NCBI GenBank assembly: GCA_029856045.1
Contig: JAHQWG010000028.1
Coordinates: forward strand, 320,730-384,729
Direction of reading: 5' to 3'
Source: Promethearchaeia archaeon
GTDB lineage: Archaea > Asgardarchaeota > Lokiarchaeia > Sigyniarchaeales > SOKP01
Length of the DNA stretch: 64,000 bases
Of the stretch, positions 50,698 through 59,594 are shown piece after piece. Each line of letters begins with the position of its first letter. Within the stretch, counting starts at the first letter, position 1. The notes beneath the pieces were generated by a model. That model worked only from the letters and a program-made list of their open reading frames with translations, had not been told where the DNA came from and did not search any database. A program made the translations under genes and the position numbers.

Positions 50698-52377
50698 TTA
50701 TTTTTTTTTATATTTTATTGAAGCCTTAATAAAAGCAGAATAAACTGGAGAAGGTTTGTATGGTTTACTTTTAAATTCCGGATGAAATTGAGTCCCAACC
50801 ATCCAATGATCATCACGATTCAATTCAATACTATTAATAATTTCTCCAGTTTCATCTCTACTTGAAACTACTAAACCATTTTCGTTTGCTTCTTCGGTAA
50901 TAAATCGTTCTTGAATGTGATATCTATGTCTGAATCTTTCAATGATTTCCTCTTTTTGGTAAGCCTCATATAACTTAGTTCCTTTTTTAATCTTTATTGG
51001 AAGACCTCCTAATCTCATCGTGCCCCCTTTTGATTTGATTTTTTTTTGACTTTCAAGCAAATCGATAACTGGATAAGGTGTATTATGATCTATTTCTGTC
51101 GAATTTGCGTTTTTCAAGCCTAAATATTTCCTGCAAAATGCAACGAAAAATAATTGAGCTCCAAAACATATTCCTAAATAAGGAACTTTATTTTCCATTG
51201 CAAATTCGGCGGCTTTAATCATACCTTCTACTGCTCGCTCCCCAAATCCAGGCGTTAATAAAATTCCATCGCATCCTTTTAATTCATTTTCAATATCCGT
51301 CTCTTCAGTAATATTAATCATTTTTAAATTTGTACGATATCCTTCATGAGCTGCAGCTTGCTCCAATGCAGTGTTTATCGAGATATATGAATCAGAAATA
51401 TTGAAATATTTTCCAGGCATACCAATTGTAATGGTTTCCTTTGCATTTTTATAAAGATTAACCATTTTTTGCCATTCAGAATAATTATTTACAGTACTAT
51501 AAGTTACTAATTTTGCTTTCAGATCTAAGAGTTCGCATAAATAATCTCCTAATTTTTGATCTTCGAATAATAGAGGAAGTTCATAAACTACATCTAAATC
51601 AGGATCTGATATTACTGCTTCTAATGGAACGTTTGTAAATAATGAAATTTTTTCTTTTATTTCATTATCTAAAGGTTTACTTGATCTGCCGATTAGAACA
51701 TCAGGTTGCAAACCAACAGCTTGTAAAGCCTTTACAGAGTGCTGAGTAGGCTTTGTTTTATGTTGCATAATAACATTGGAATATGGAATTAAAGTAACAT
51801 GAATTAGAGCAGTACTTCTTTTTGGTAATTCCAGTCTTAATTGTCGAAAACTTTCTAAAAATATCTGAGACTCAATGTCTCCAACAGTACCTCCACACTC
51901 TACAAGTAGAACGTCTAAATCCTCCTCAACTGCTATTTTTTTTAATCGATCCTTAATAATATTTGTACAATGAGGAATTATTTGAACAGTTCTTCCAAGG
52001 AATTTACCTTCTCTTTCTCTTAAAATAGTTGCGAGATAAACTTGACCTGAAGTAATATTATGAGAGGGGGGTATCTCAATTCCTAAAAATCTAGAATATG
52101 ATCCAAAGTCTTGGTCGATTTCTGATATTCTATAAATATATTCATCCGAAGTAGGTACGGGTTTAAAATCCCAAACTTGTTCTGTAACAAAGCATTCTCC
52201 ATGTTCAATGGGATTGAGTGTTCCGGGGTCTACATTTAAATAGGGATCAATCTTTACACCAGAAACTTTAAATCCTCGAAATTGAAATAACTTACCTAAA
52301 CTAGCAGTTACAATACCTTTTCCTATGCCGGACATTACTCCGCCAGTTATAAACACAAATTTACAATTAGACTGCAT
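50698..52377 (-). CDS. pyrG: CTP synthase
   Basis: TGGVMSGIGKG, KIDPYLNVDPGT, GGTVGDIES, KTKPTQHSV, GICFG, QFHPEF. Confidence 0.95.
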   Translation of the reverse strand: MQSNCKFVFITGGVMSGIGKGIVTASLGKLFQFRGFKVSGVKIDPYLNVDPGTLNPIEHGECFVTEQVWDFKPVPTSDEYIYRISEIDQDFGSYSRFLGIEIPPSHNITSGQVYLATILREREGKFLGRTVQIIPHCTNIIKDRLKKIAVEEDLDVLLVECGGTVGDIESQIFLESFRQLRLELPKRSTALIHVTLIPYSNVIMQHKTKPTQHSVKALQAVGLQPDVLIGRSSKPLDNEIKEKISLFTNVPLEAVISDPDLDVVYELPLLFEDQKLGDYLCELLDLKAKLVTYSTVNNYSEWQKMVNLYKNAKETITIGMPGKYFNISDSYISINTALEQAAAHEGYRTNLKMINITEETDIENELKGCDGILLTPGFGERAVEGMIKAAEFAMENKVPYLGICFGAQLFFVAFCRKYLGLKNANSTEIDHNTPYPVIDLLESQKKIKSKGGTMRLGGLPIKIKKGTKLYEAYQKEEIIERFRHRYHIQERFITEEANENGLVVSSRDETGEIINSIELNRDDHWMVGTQFHPEFKSKPYKPSPVYSAFIKASIKYKKK

Positions 52378-52952
52378 TTTAACTTCATTTACTCTGTTTC
52401 AATATTAGTTATAAATAAAGTATTTATTATATTTCCTTTCTTTTCAATTTTTTCTAATAATATTTATTCACGCAATTATTTTATTTATCCTATTTATTTT
52501 AAGAAAGAAATTTTAAAATTATATAAAGGCTTGATTTATTTATTAATATTTCTCTTCCAATATTGTACAACTTAAAACTGGAGTTGTAATAAGGGGGATT
52601 TCCCACGATTTTCCCATTTATTTGGTTAGTAGGTAATAATAACGAGACTCATCTCAAAATACAATTGATTGGATTTTATTACAAAAATGGAGAAATTTAA
52701 CAGCATTTTTTAGTAAATAAATTGTAAAATTTGACAATAATTAAAAAATATTCAATTTTTTGGCATTTTACATCTATATTTTTAAAAAGATTTAAAATTT
52801 CGCAAGATTTTTTGAAAAGTTTCATTCTTATCCCCATTTCTCTGAAATAATATGTTAGTTTTGTCGGAAATACTGAAAACTTTATATTATATGGAATTAT
52901 TTTTAATTATAACAATATACAACAGTTTGAATTAAAAATAAAGGGAAATAAT

Positions 52953-53222
52953 TTGACCAAGCTTGGAATATATACACATCGTTTAGGTATAACGAGAGTT
53001 AGAGCTAAAGATTCCTACCTATCTGTTATATATTCTATTTGTATTGCCGATTATTCAATTTTTTACGACATTTTAAAATCGGCTTTAAGAGGTCATGTGG
53101 ATTTAAATCCCATAAGGGAAAATTTTGGAGATTTTACTGCTCGATTAGGAAGGAATTTATATTTTTTCTTCAGAGATTTTCGAATTCAGTTTAAGGTTAA
53201 AGGAGTTGAAATGTTGAGCTAG
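52953..53222 (+). CDS. Possible small ORF / leader upstream of gdhA
   Basis: 89-codon TTG ORF; no recognisable family. Confidence 0.3.
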   Translation: MTKLGIYTHRLGITRVRAKDSYLSVIYSICIADYSIFYDILKSALRGHVDLNPIRENFGDFTARLGRNLYFFFRDFRIQFKVKGVEMLS

Positions 53223-53279
53223 TTGGATATAAAGAAATATTTTAAAATGAAAATTTACTACAAAAAGGAGAAATACAAA

Positions 53280-54569
53280 ATGGAAATTACCAATAATAAT
53301 AATTTTAAAGAATACAAAACGCCAGAAAATTTAGATCCATTCACAATTGCACAGCAGCAATTGAAACATGCGTGTGAATTACTTGGATATAATGAGCAAA
53401 TCTATAATGCTTTATCTGAACCGGAGAGACTTATTATATTAAAATTATCAATGAGAATGGACAACGGGAGTTTAAGAACTTTTAAAGCATTTAGATGTCA
53501 ATTTAATTCAGCAAGAGGGCCAACAAAAGGGGGAATAAGATGGCATCTTGATGAAAATTCTTCGCTAATAAAAGCATTAGCAGCGTTGATGACATGGAAA
53601 TGTGCTTGTGTTGATTTACCTTTAGGAGGTGCTAAAGGTGGTATTATTTGTAACCCAAAAGAGATGAGTAATAATGAGCTTGAACGGCTTGCGAGATTAT
53701 ATATTAGAAAATTATCAGAGTTCATAGGTCCTCGTATAGATATACCTGCTCCAGATGTATACACTACACCTCAGATAATGGCTTGGATGATGGATGAATA
53801 TGAAGTAATCAAAGGTATAAAAGCCCCTTCTGTCATCACAGGAAAACCATTAGAACTTGGGGGAAGTGTTGGGCGTATAAGTGCAACTGCTAGAGGAGGA
53901 ACATTTTGTATTAGAGAAGCAATAAAAGAAGCTAATATCTCATTAAAGGGTGCAAAAATTGCGATTCAAGGTTTTGGGAATGCTGGAAGTCATGTTGCTG
54001 AGATTTTACAGGATGAATTTGGTTGCAAAATAATTGCAGCTTCTGATACAAAGGGAGGGATTTATAATAAAAATGGATTTAATGTTCATAAAGCAATTGA
54101 GCATAAAAAAAAAACTTCAACAATTATGGGTTTAGAAGATACACAACAGATCTCGAATGAAGATTTATTTGAATTAAATTGCGATATACTAATTCCTGCT
54201 GCATTAGAAAATGTTATTACAAAAAGAAATGCCGCGAATATAAAGGCAAAAATTGTAGCGGAACTTGCAAATGGACCAACAACTCCTGCTGCAGGTGAGA
54301 TATTATTTGATAAGGATATAATTGTTATTCCAGATTTTCTATGTAATGCAGGAGGGGTGACTGTCAGTTATTTTGAGATGATTCAGGGATTTTATTTACA
54401 TCGTTGGACTGCACAAGAGGTTGATAATCTATTAAATAGAATAATGACAAAAGCATATAAAGATACCATATTAAGAGCCAATCTGAATGAAACTAATAAT
54501 AGAATGGGTGCTTACATGATATCCGTTGAGAGAGTTGTCGAGGCTATGAAACTGAGAGGTTGGATTTAA
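53280..54569 (+). CDS. gdhA: Glu/Leu/Phe/Val (glutamate) dehydrogenase
   Basis: RGPTKGGIRWH, MTWKCA, GGAKGG, DIPAPDV, QGFGNAG, NAGGVTVSYFE. The ATG at 53280 follows AAGGAG; the frame is open from 53223. Confidence 0.93.
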   Translation: MEITNNNNFKEYKTPENLDPFTIAQQQLKHACELLGYNEQIYNALSEPERLIILKLSMRMDNGSLRTFKAFRCQFNSARGPTKGGIRWHLDENSSLIKALAALMTWKCACVDLPLGGAKGGIICNPKEMSNNELERLARLYIRKLSEFIGPRIDIPAPDVYTTPQIMAWMMDEYEVIKGIKAPSVITGKPLELGGSVGRISATARGGTFCIREAIKEANISLKGAKIAIQGFGNAGSHVAEILQDEFGCKIIAASDTKGGIYNKNGFNVHKAIEHKKKTSTIMGLEDTQQISNEDLFELNCDILIPAALENVITKRNAANIKAKIVAELANGPTTPAAGEILFDKDIIVIPDFLCNAGGVTVSYFEMIQGFYLHRWTAQEVDNLLNRIMTKAYKDTILRANLNETNNRMGAYMISVERVVEAMKLRGWI

Positions 54570-54855
54570 TATAATATTAAATTTTATCTCTAATTATTTT
54601 TGATACTTTTTCTAAATTTAATTTTGAATAGGCATAAACGTGCTTGATATTTCTTGAATTGCTATAGGAATCATATTAAAAAATATTTTCCATAGTGTAA
54701 AATAAAAAAAAATTGACAATTTTTATTTTTTTAAGTTAAAATTGAATTTTTCATTTTTTTTTAATATTGGATCTCAATTTTTAAAATAAAATAGAAAGGT
54801 TAAATTTAATTTAATATTATTGAAACTTAAGAAAAATAGAAATTGGTATATAAGA

Positions 54856-55740
54856 ATGACATATAAAATTTTAGAAAAAAGAGAATTGGGAGAGAGTGGT
54901 ATCGTATTTGAAATAGTGCTAGAAACTCCATTAATTGCCAAAAAAGCCTATGCTGGTAATTTTGTATTAATTCGAATTAATGAAACGGGAGAACGGATTC
55001 CTTTGACAATAGCTGATTATGATAGAGAAAAGGGGACACTAACAATAGTATTTCAAGTTGTCGGAAAAAGTACGAAATTACTTTCACATCAGAATGTTGG
55101 AGATGAAATTCTTGATGTTGTTGGTCCCTTAGGAAATAAAATTCACATTAAAAAATATGAATATCCTGTTGTATTTGTTGGAGGTGGAGTGGGAATAGCA
55201 CCTTGTTATCCACAAGCAAAAGAATTAAAAGAAGCAGGGAATACCATTATTTCGATATTAGGTGCTAGAAATAAGGGATTATTATTTTGGAAAGATAAAA
55301 TGGGAGCTGTAAGTGATGAAATAATTATATGTACAGATGATGGATCAGAAGGTAAAAAAGGAGTTGTAACAGAACCATTAAAAGATCTATTAAAAAGAGG
55401 GAAGTTAAGTTTAGTAATTGCTATAGGTCCGTTAATTATGATGAAATTTGTAACTCTTACAACTAATGGATCTAATGGATTACCTAAGGTAAAAACTTTT
55501 GTATCTTTGAATACAATTATGATTGATGGCACTGGAATGTGTGGGGGTTGTCGTTTTCCTACAATTGATGGAAAAATAGGCTTTGCATGTGTTGATGGAC
55601 CTGATGTTGATGGACATATTGTGGATTTTAATAATCTTTTAAAGCGTGCAAATAGATTTGAAAAACAAGAAAAAAAATCACTAGAACTTTATGATCAAGA
55701 ATGTAAAGCATTAAAAAAATTTGATGAGGGGAGTAGTTAA
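54856..55740 (+). CDS. nfnA: NfnA/SudB (FAD/NAD-binding, [2Fe-2S]) subunit
   Basis: GERIPLTIAD, VGPLG, GGGVG, TDDGS, DGTGMCGGCR, ACVDGP. Confidence 0.92.
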   Translation: MTYKILEKRELGESGIVFEIVLETPLIAKKAYAGNFVLIRINETGERIPLTIADYDREKGTLTIVFQVVGKSTKLLSHQNVGDEILDVVGPLGNKIHIKKYEYPVVFVGGGVGIAPCYPQAKELKEAGNTIISILGARNKGLLFWKDKMGAVSDEIIICTDDGSEGKKGVVTEPLKDLLKRGKLSLVIAIGPLIMMKFVTLTTNGSNGLPKVKTFVSLNTIMIDGTGMCGGCRFPTIDGKIGFACVDGPDVDGHIVDFNNLLKRANRFEKQEKKSLELYDQECKALKKFDEGSS

Positions 55741-55741
55741 A

Positions 55742-58309
55742 ATGGAAGAAATATCACCTTTAATCAAAGTCTTAATCGATAATAAACAAAAAATTCTCGA
55801 TTCTAAGAAATATAATGAGGTCGAATTTGATGAATTTATTTATTCCTTAATGCAAGCCGAAAATGAAAGACAGAAAGTTTTGAAAAAAATAGAGGAATTG
55901 GGAAGTATTGATATCCAAAAGTTAAAAGATATATTAAAGATTTCTGAACATAGGTTAATTTATGATATCGAATATTTAAAGGAATTAGGATTATTAGAGT
56001 TTATTGGAGAGATATCTGAATTTTATCAAAGTATCGAAGAAAAGAATGAGAAGGAAGGCTTATTTCCAAATGTTTCTATAATAAGGGATAAAAAAATTTG
56101 TAGTGGTTGTGGATTATGTGTTTCGATTTGTCCAACTAATGCAATAAATTTCTTAAATGATGTTTTAAATATTAACGATGATTTATGCATAAATTGTGGC
56201 TTATGCTACGCTTGTTGTCATCGCTCATTTTTTCCAAGAGAATTAAAGGATAATCAAGAAAAACTCGATACTGATATAAAATACTTGAAAGAATTTAACA
56301 ACTATAGGGAAATTTATTCAGCACAAACAAAAGATAATATTACTAAAGAAATTGCGCAGGATTGGGAAATTGTTACCACATTACTAAAAATTGCGTTCAA
56401 ACAAAATATCATTGATGCTGCAATATTAATTGGTACAACAGAAAAACCAAATGAGCCATTACCCTTTTTGATCCAAAACGAAGAAGACTTATTTAAAAAG
56501 GCAAGAATAGTATATAATAATGCTAATTTATTAAAAATACTTCAAAATTCCAAGAGATTTAAGAAAGTTGCAGTAGTTGGAACTCCTTGTATTATGGAGG
56601 CTCTGAAAAAAATCTCAATTTATCCACTTAATAAACCTTTTTATGATAATATTGCATTAAAAATAGGATCATTTTGTATGAACCATAGTTTATTTGGATG
56701 TTTTTTCTGCGATGATTTGACTGCAGAACTTTCCGATATCTCTATTGGTTCAATTGGCTCGGAACGGGGTTGGTCTACTGTAATAGCAAGAACTAGTAGA
56801 GGTGCGAATTTATTTCAACAAGCTTTGGATCTGAAATTAATTGAGAAGAAAATTATTGAAGAAGACAGTAAAAATTTCAATACATTAAGTAAAATTGCTA
56901 AATCCAAATTGAAAATGTATAAAGAGATTCCCAGACAAAAAATGATTGAGCAGGATCCAAAAGTAAGAAGAAACAATTTCCTGGAGGTCCCAAAGGGATA
57001 CACTCTAGAGATGGTAAAATTAGAAACTCAAAGATGTTTACAATGCGGAATTCCTCTATGTATTGAAGGTTGTCCTGTTAATGTTGATATTCCAAAATTT
57101 ATAAGATTATTAAGACAAGAGAAATTTTCTGAAGCTATTAATAATGTAAAAACATATAATTTATTACCGGCAATATGTGGGAGGGTATGTCCTCAAGAAA
57201 TACAATGCGAACAAGCATGTTTATTAGGTTCTGTTTCCAATCCAATTGCAATTGGTAACTTAGAACGATTTATTGCTGATTGGGACCGAAAAAGTCAGGT
57301 TAAAGCATGCCCTGATTGTCAAGCTCCAAAAAATATTAAAGTAGCAATCATTGGGGCAGGTCCTGCAGGTTTAACTTGTGCTGGGGAGCTTTTAATGAGA
57401 GGATACGATGTAACAATTTTTGAAGCATTTCATACGGGAGGAGGTGTGCTAGTTTATGGTATACCAGAATTTAGATTACCAAAAGAGATAGTTAGAGAAG
57501 AAATCGAGACATTAAAAATGTTGGGTAGTAAAATAGAATACAATAAGATAATAGGAAAGATAATGACTATAGAAGATTTAAAATCTATGGGGTTTAAGGC
57601 TTTCTTTATTGGGGTAGGTGCAGGATTACCTACATTTATTAAAGTATCCGGTTTAAGCTTAAATGGTGTTTTGACGGCAAATGAATTTCTTACAAGAGCA
57701 AATTTAATGAAAGCCTATAAATTCCCAGAATATGATACACCTATAAAAATAGGAAAAATTGTAACAGTTCTTGGAGGGGGAAATGTAGCTATGGATTCAG
57801 CAAGAGTTGCATTGAGATTAGGTGCTGAAAGAGTAATTGTTGTGTATAGGAGATCCGAAAAAGAAATGCCTGCAAGGAGAGCAGAATATCATCATGCGAT
57901 TGAAGAAGGAATTGAATTTCAATTTTTAACCAATCCAGTAAGCTTTATTGGAGATGAAAATGAAAATGTTAAGCAAATGGAGGTTATTAAAATGAGATTA
58001 GGAGAACTTGATGATTCTGGGCGACGGCGACCAATTCCAATTGAAGGTTCAGAGTATAAAATAGATACAGATACGATAATAATAGCAATAGGGACAAAAG
58101 CAAATCCTATTCTTACAAATTCAATCCCTGAGTTAAAACTTAATAAGTGGGGGTATATTGAAACCAATGAGCAGGGAAAGACAAATTTGGAAGGTGTTTA
58201 TGCGGGTGGAGATATTGTGACTGGTAGTGCGACAGTTATTTCTGCTATGGGAGCGGGGAAGAGAGCAGCAACAGAGATTGATAATTATCTTACAAAAAAG
58301 AGACAGTAA
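55742..58309 (+). CDS. nfnB: Fusion: wHTH-like + 2x[4Fe-4S] + FrhB-like + NfnB/SudA (GltD-like)
   Basis: CSGCGLCVSICP, CINCGLCYACC, VVGTPC, IGSFCM, CFFCDDLTAELSDISIGSIGS...GWSTVI; then RCLQC, CGRVCPQE, GAGPAG, YGIPEFRLP, GGGNVAMD, GGDIVTG. Confidence 0.88.
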   Translation: MEEISPLIKVLIDNKQKILDSKKYNEVEFDEFIYSLMQAENERQKVLKKIEELGSIDIQKLKDILKISEHRLIYDIEYLKELGLLEFIGEISEFYQSIEEKNEKEGLFPNVSIIRDKKICSGCGLCVSICPTNAINFLNDVLNINDDLCINCGLCYACCHRSFFPRELKDNQEKLDTDIKYLKEFNNYREIYSAQTKDNITKEIAQDWEIVTTLLKIAFKQNIIDAAILIGTTEKPNEPLPFLIQNEEDLFKKARIVYNNANLLKILQNSKRFKKVAVVGTPCIMEALKKISIYPLNKPFYDNIALKIGSFCMNHSLFGCFFCDDLTAELSDISIGSIGSERGWSTVIARTSRGANLFQQALDLKLIEKKIIEEDSKNFNTLSKIAKSKLKMYKEIPRQKMIEQDPKVRRNNFLEVPKGYTLEMVKLETQRCLQCGIPLCIEGCPVNVDIPKFIRLLRQEKFSEAINNVKTYNLLPAICGRVCPQEIQCEQACLLGSVSNPIAIGNLERFIADWDRKSQVKACPDCQAPKNIKVAIIGAGPAGLTCAGELLMRGYDVTIFEAFHTGGGVLVYGIPEFRLPKEIVREEIETLKMLGSKIEYNKIIGKIMTIEDLKSMGFKAFFIGVGAGLPTFIKVSGLSLNGVLTANEFLTRANLMKAYKFPEYDTPIKIGKIVTVLGGGNVAMDSARVALRLGAERVIVVYRRSEKEMPARRAEYHHAIEEGIEFQFLTNPVSFIGDENENVKQMEVIKMRLGELDDSGRRRPIPIEGSEYKIDTDTIIIAIGTKANPILTNSIPELKLNKWGYIETNEQGKTNLEGVYAGGDIVTGSATVISAMGAGKRAATEIDNYLTKKRQ

Positions 58310-58341
58310 AAATTATTTTTATTATATTTTATATTTGTCCT

Positions 58342-59202
58342 TTAAATAATATCTAAGAAAATACTGAATAATTTTTTTTCAAGATCTAATTGTTGTAATT
58401 GATTCCAATTATTTAAGAGATAAGGATATAGTTCTTCGCTAAAGGCATCTAAAGCTTTCTCATTTCTGAGTTCATAAAATATAAAATTTTTCATCATTTT
58501 CACAATATCAAGAAATATTTTTGGGATTGTTTGAGGATCTGCAATATTCACGTCAATATTTAATAGATTCCAACCGTGATCTTTTGAAAACTCGATCTTA
58601 GATAATTCCTTATCTTTATCTGATTGAATTGCTTCTATAAATCTAGAATAGAAATTCTCGATATTTCTATAAATTCGCTCTTTTTTAATTCCAGAGATAT
58701 TTTTCTCAATTACACTAGCACAAATGTTCAAAATCTGTTGGAATACTCCTAGTAAGTCAAATAAAATTCCATAAGATTCAATTTTTTCGGTTTCTTTCCA
58801 TTGAGTCATAAACTCATCGATTTGATTTCCATAAGATTGATAAGGTTCAACCGAACCATTCCATTTTTCTTTCCAATCAGATGATGTTTTGGCATAATGA
58901 GAAAGAAAATCTTTTTTAATTACCATTAATCGAGCTCTTAGAATTTCAGCATGAGTTTCTTTCTTATCTGCTGCAATGAATAATAATTTATATTCCTGAG
59001 CATGGTTATATACCCATTTTAGGCCACTCATATCAATAGATTCAATTCCAGATTGATCAAGCTCTTGTTCTGAAAATAAATTTAATGCTGTTAAAAGGCC
59101 TGATACTAAATCCTCATCAATTTCTAATCCAAGGGAATCTTTATATAAAATAGTAACTCCTGATTCACTGTCAACAATCCAGATGTTCATGTAATTCCCC
59201 AA
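58342..59202 (-). CDS. Longin-like N-terminal domain plus helical C-terminal domain
   Basis: IWIVDSESGVTIL...DEDLVSGLLTALNLF...IESIDM...LLFIAAD...LRARLMVIKKDF. Confidence 0.65.
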   Translation of the reverse strand: MGNYMNIWIVDSESGVTILYKDSLGLEIDEDLVSGLLTALNLFSEQELDQSGIESIDMSGLKWVYNHAQEYKLLFIAADKKETHAEILRARLMVIKKDFLSHYAKTSSDWKEKWNGSVEPYQSYGNQIDEFMTQWKETEKIESYGILFDLLGVFQQILNICASVIEKNISGIKKERIYRNIENFYSRFIEAIQSDKDKELSKIEFSKDHGWNLLNIDVNIADPQTIPKIFLDIVKMMKNFIFYELRNEKALDAFSEELYPYLLNNWNQLQQLDLEKKLFSIFLDII

Positions 59203-59594
59203 TATCTAATTTTTATAATTAATTAATATTAAATTACAATTAATTCTAAATTTAGATTTATTCTTCTAGGGATTAATAATCTTCTTAATATTTCTTTATT
59301 AATTTTTTCTCCATCTTTTGTTGTTGATTTAATTTTTTTTATTTATAGCCATTGATTAAAAACTACAAATAAAAAATAAATAAATTGGATTAGGAATTTA
59401 AAGTCTGAAGAGAATGTGAAATTAATTTGCTCTTACATATGAATATCTTAAAAGTTTTTAAATATATATATAGCAAAATTTTTGCATTTATGATCCATAA
59501 AATATCAACTTCAACTAGTAAGTACTAGACTTTTTGGTAAAAAAATATATACATAGACTATCATATATCATTTATCAAATTTCTATGATAGATC

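Noticed and set aside
52722-52738. TTGTAAAATTTGACAA as a GlnR/TnrA box
   Set aside because: The spacer is 4 nt rather than 7 and it is not repeated consistently upstream of the other nitrogen genes.
96-58167. Numerous 60-130 aa antisense or overlapping ORFs in the track
   Set aside because: They lie within well-supported genes and show no motifs.
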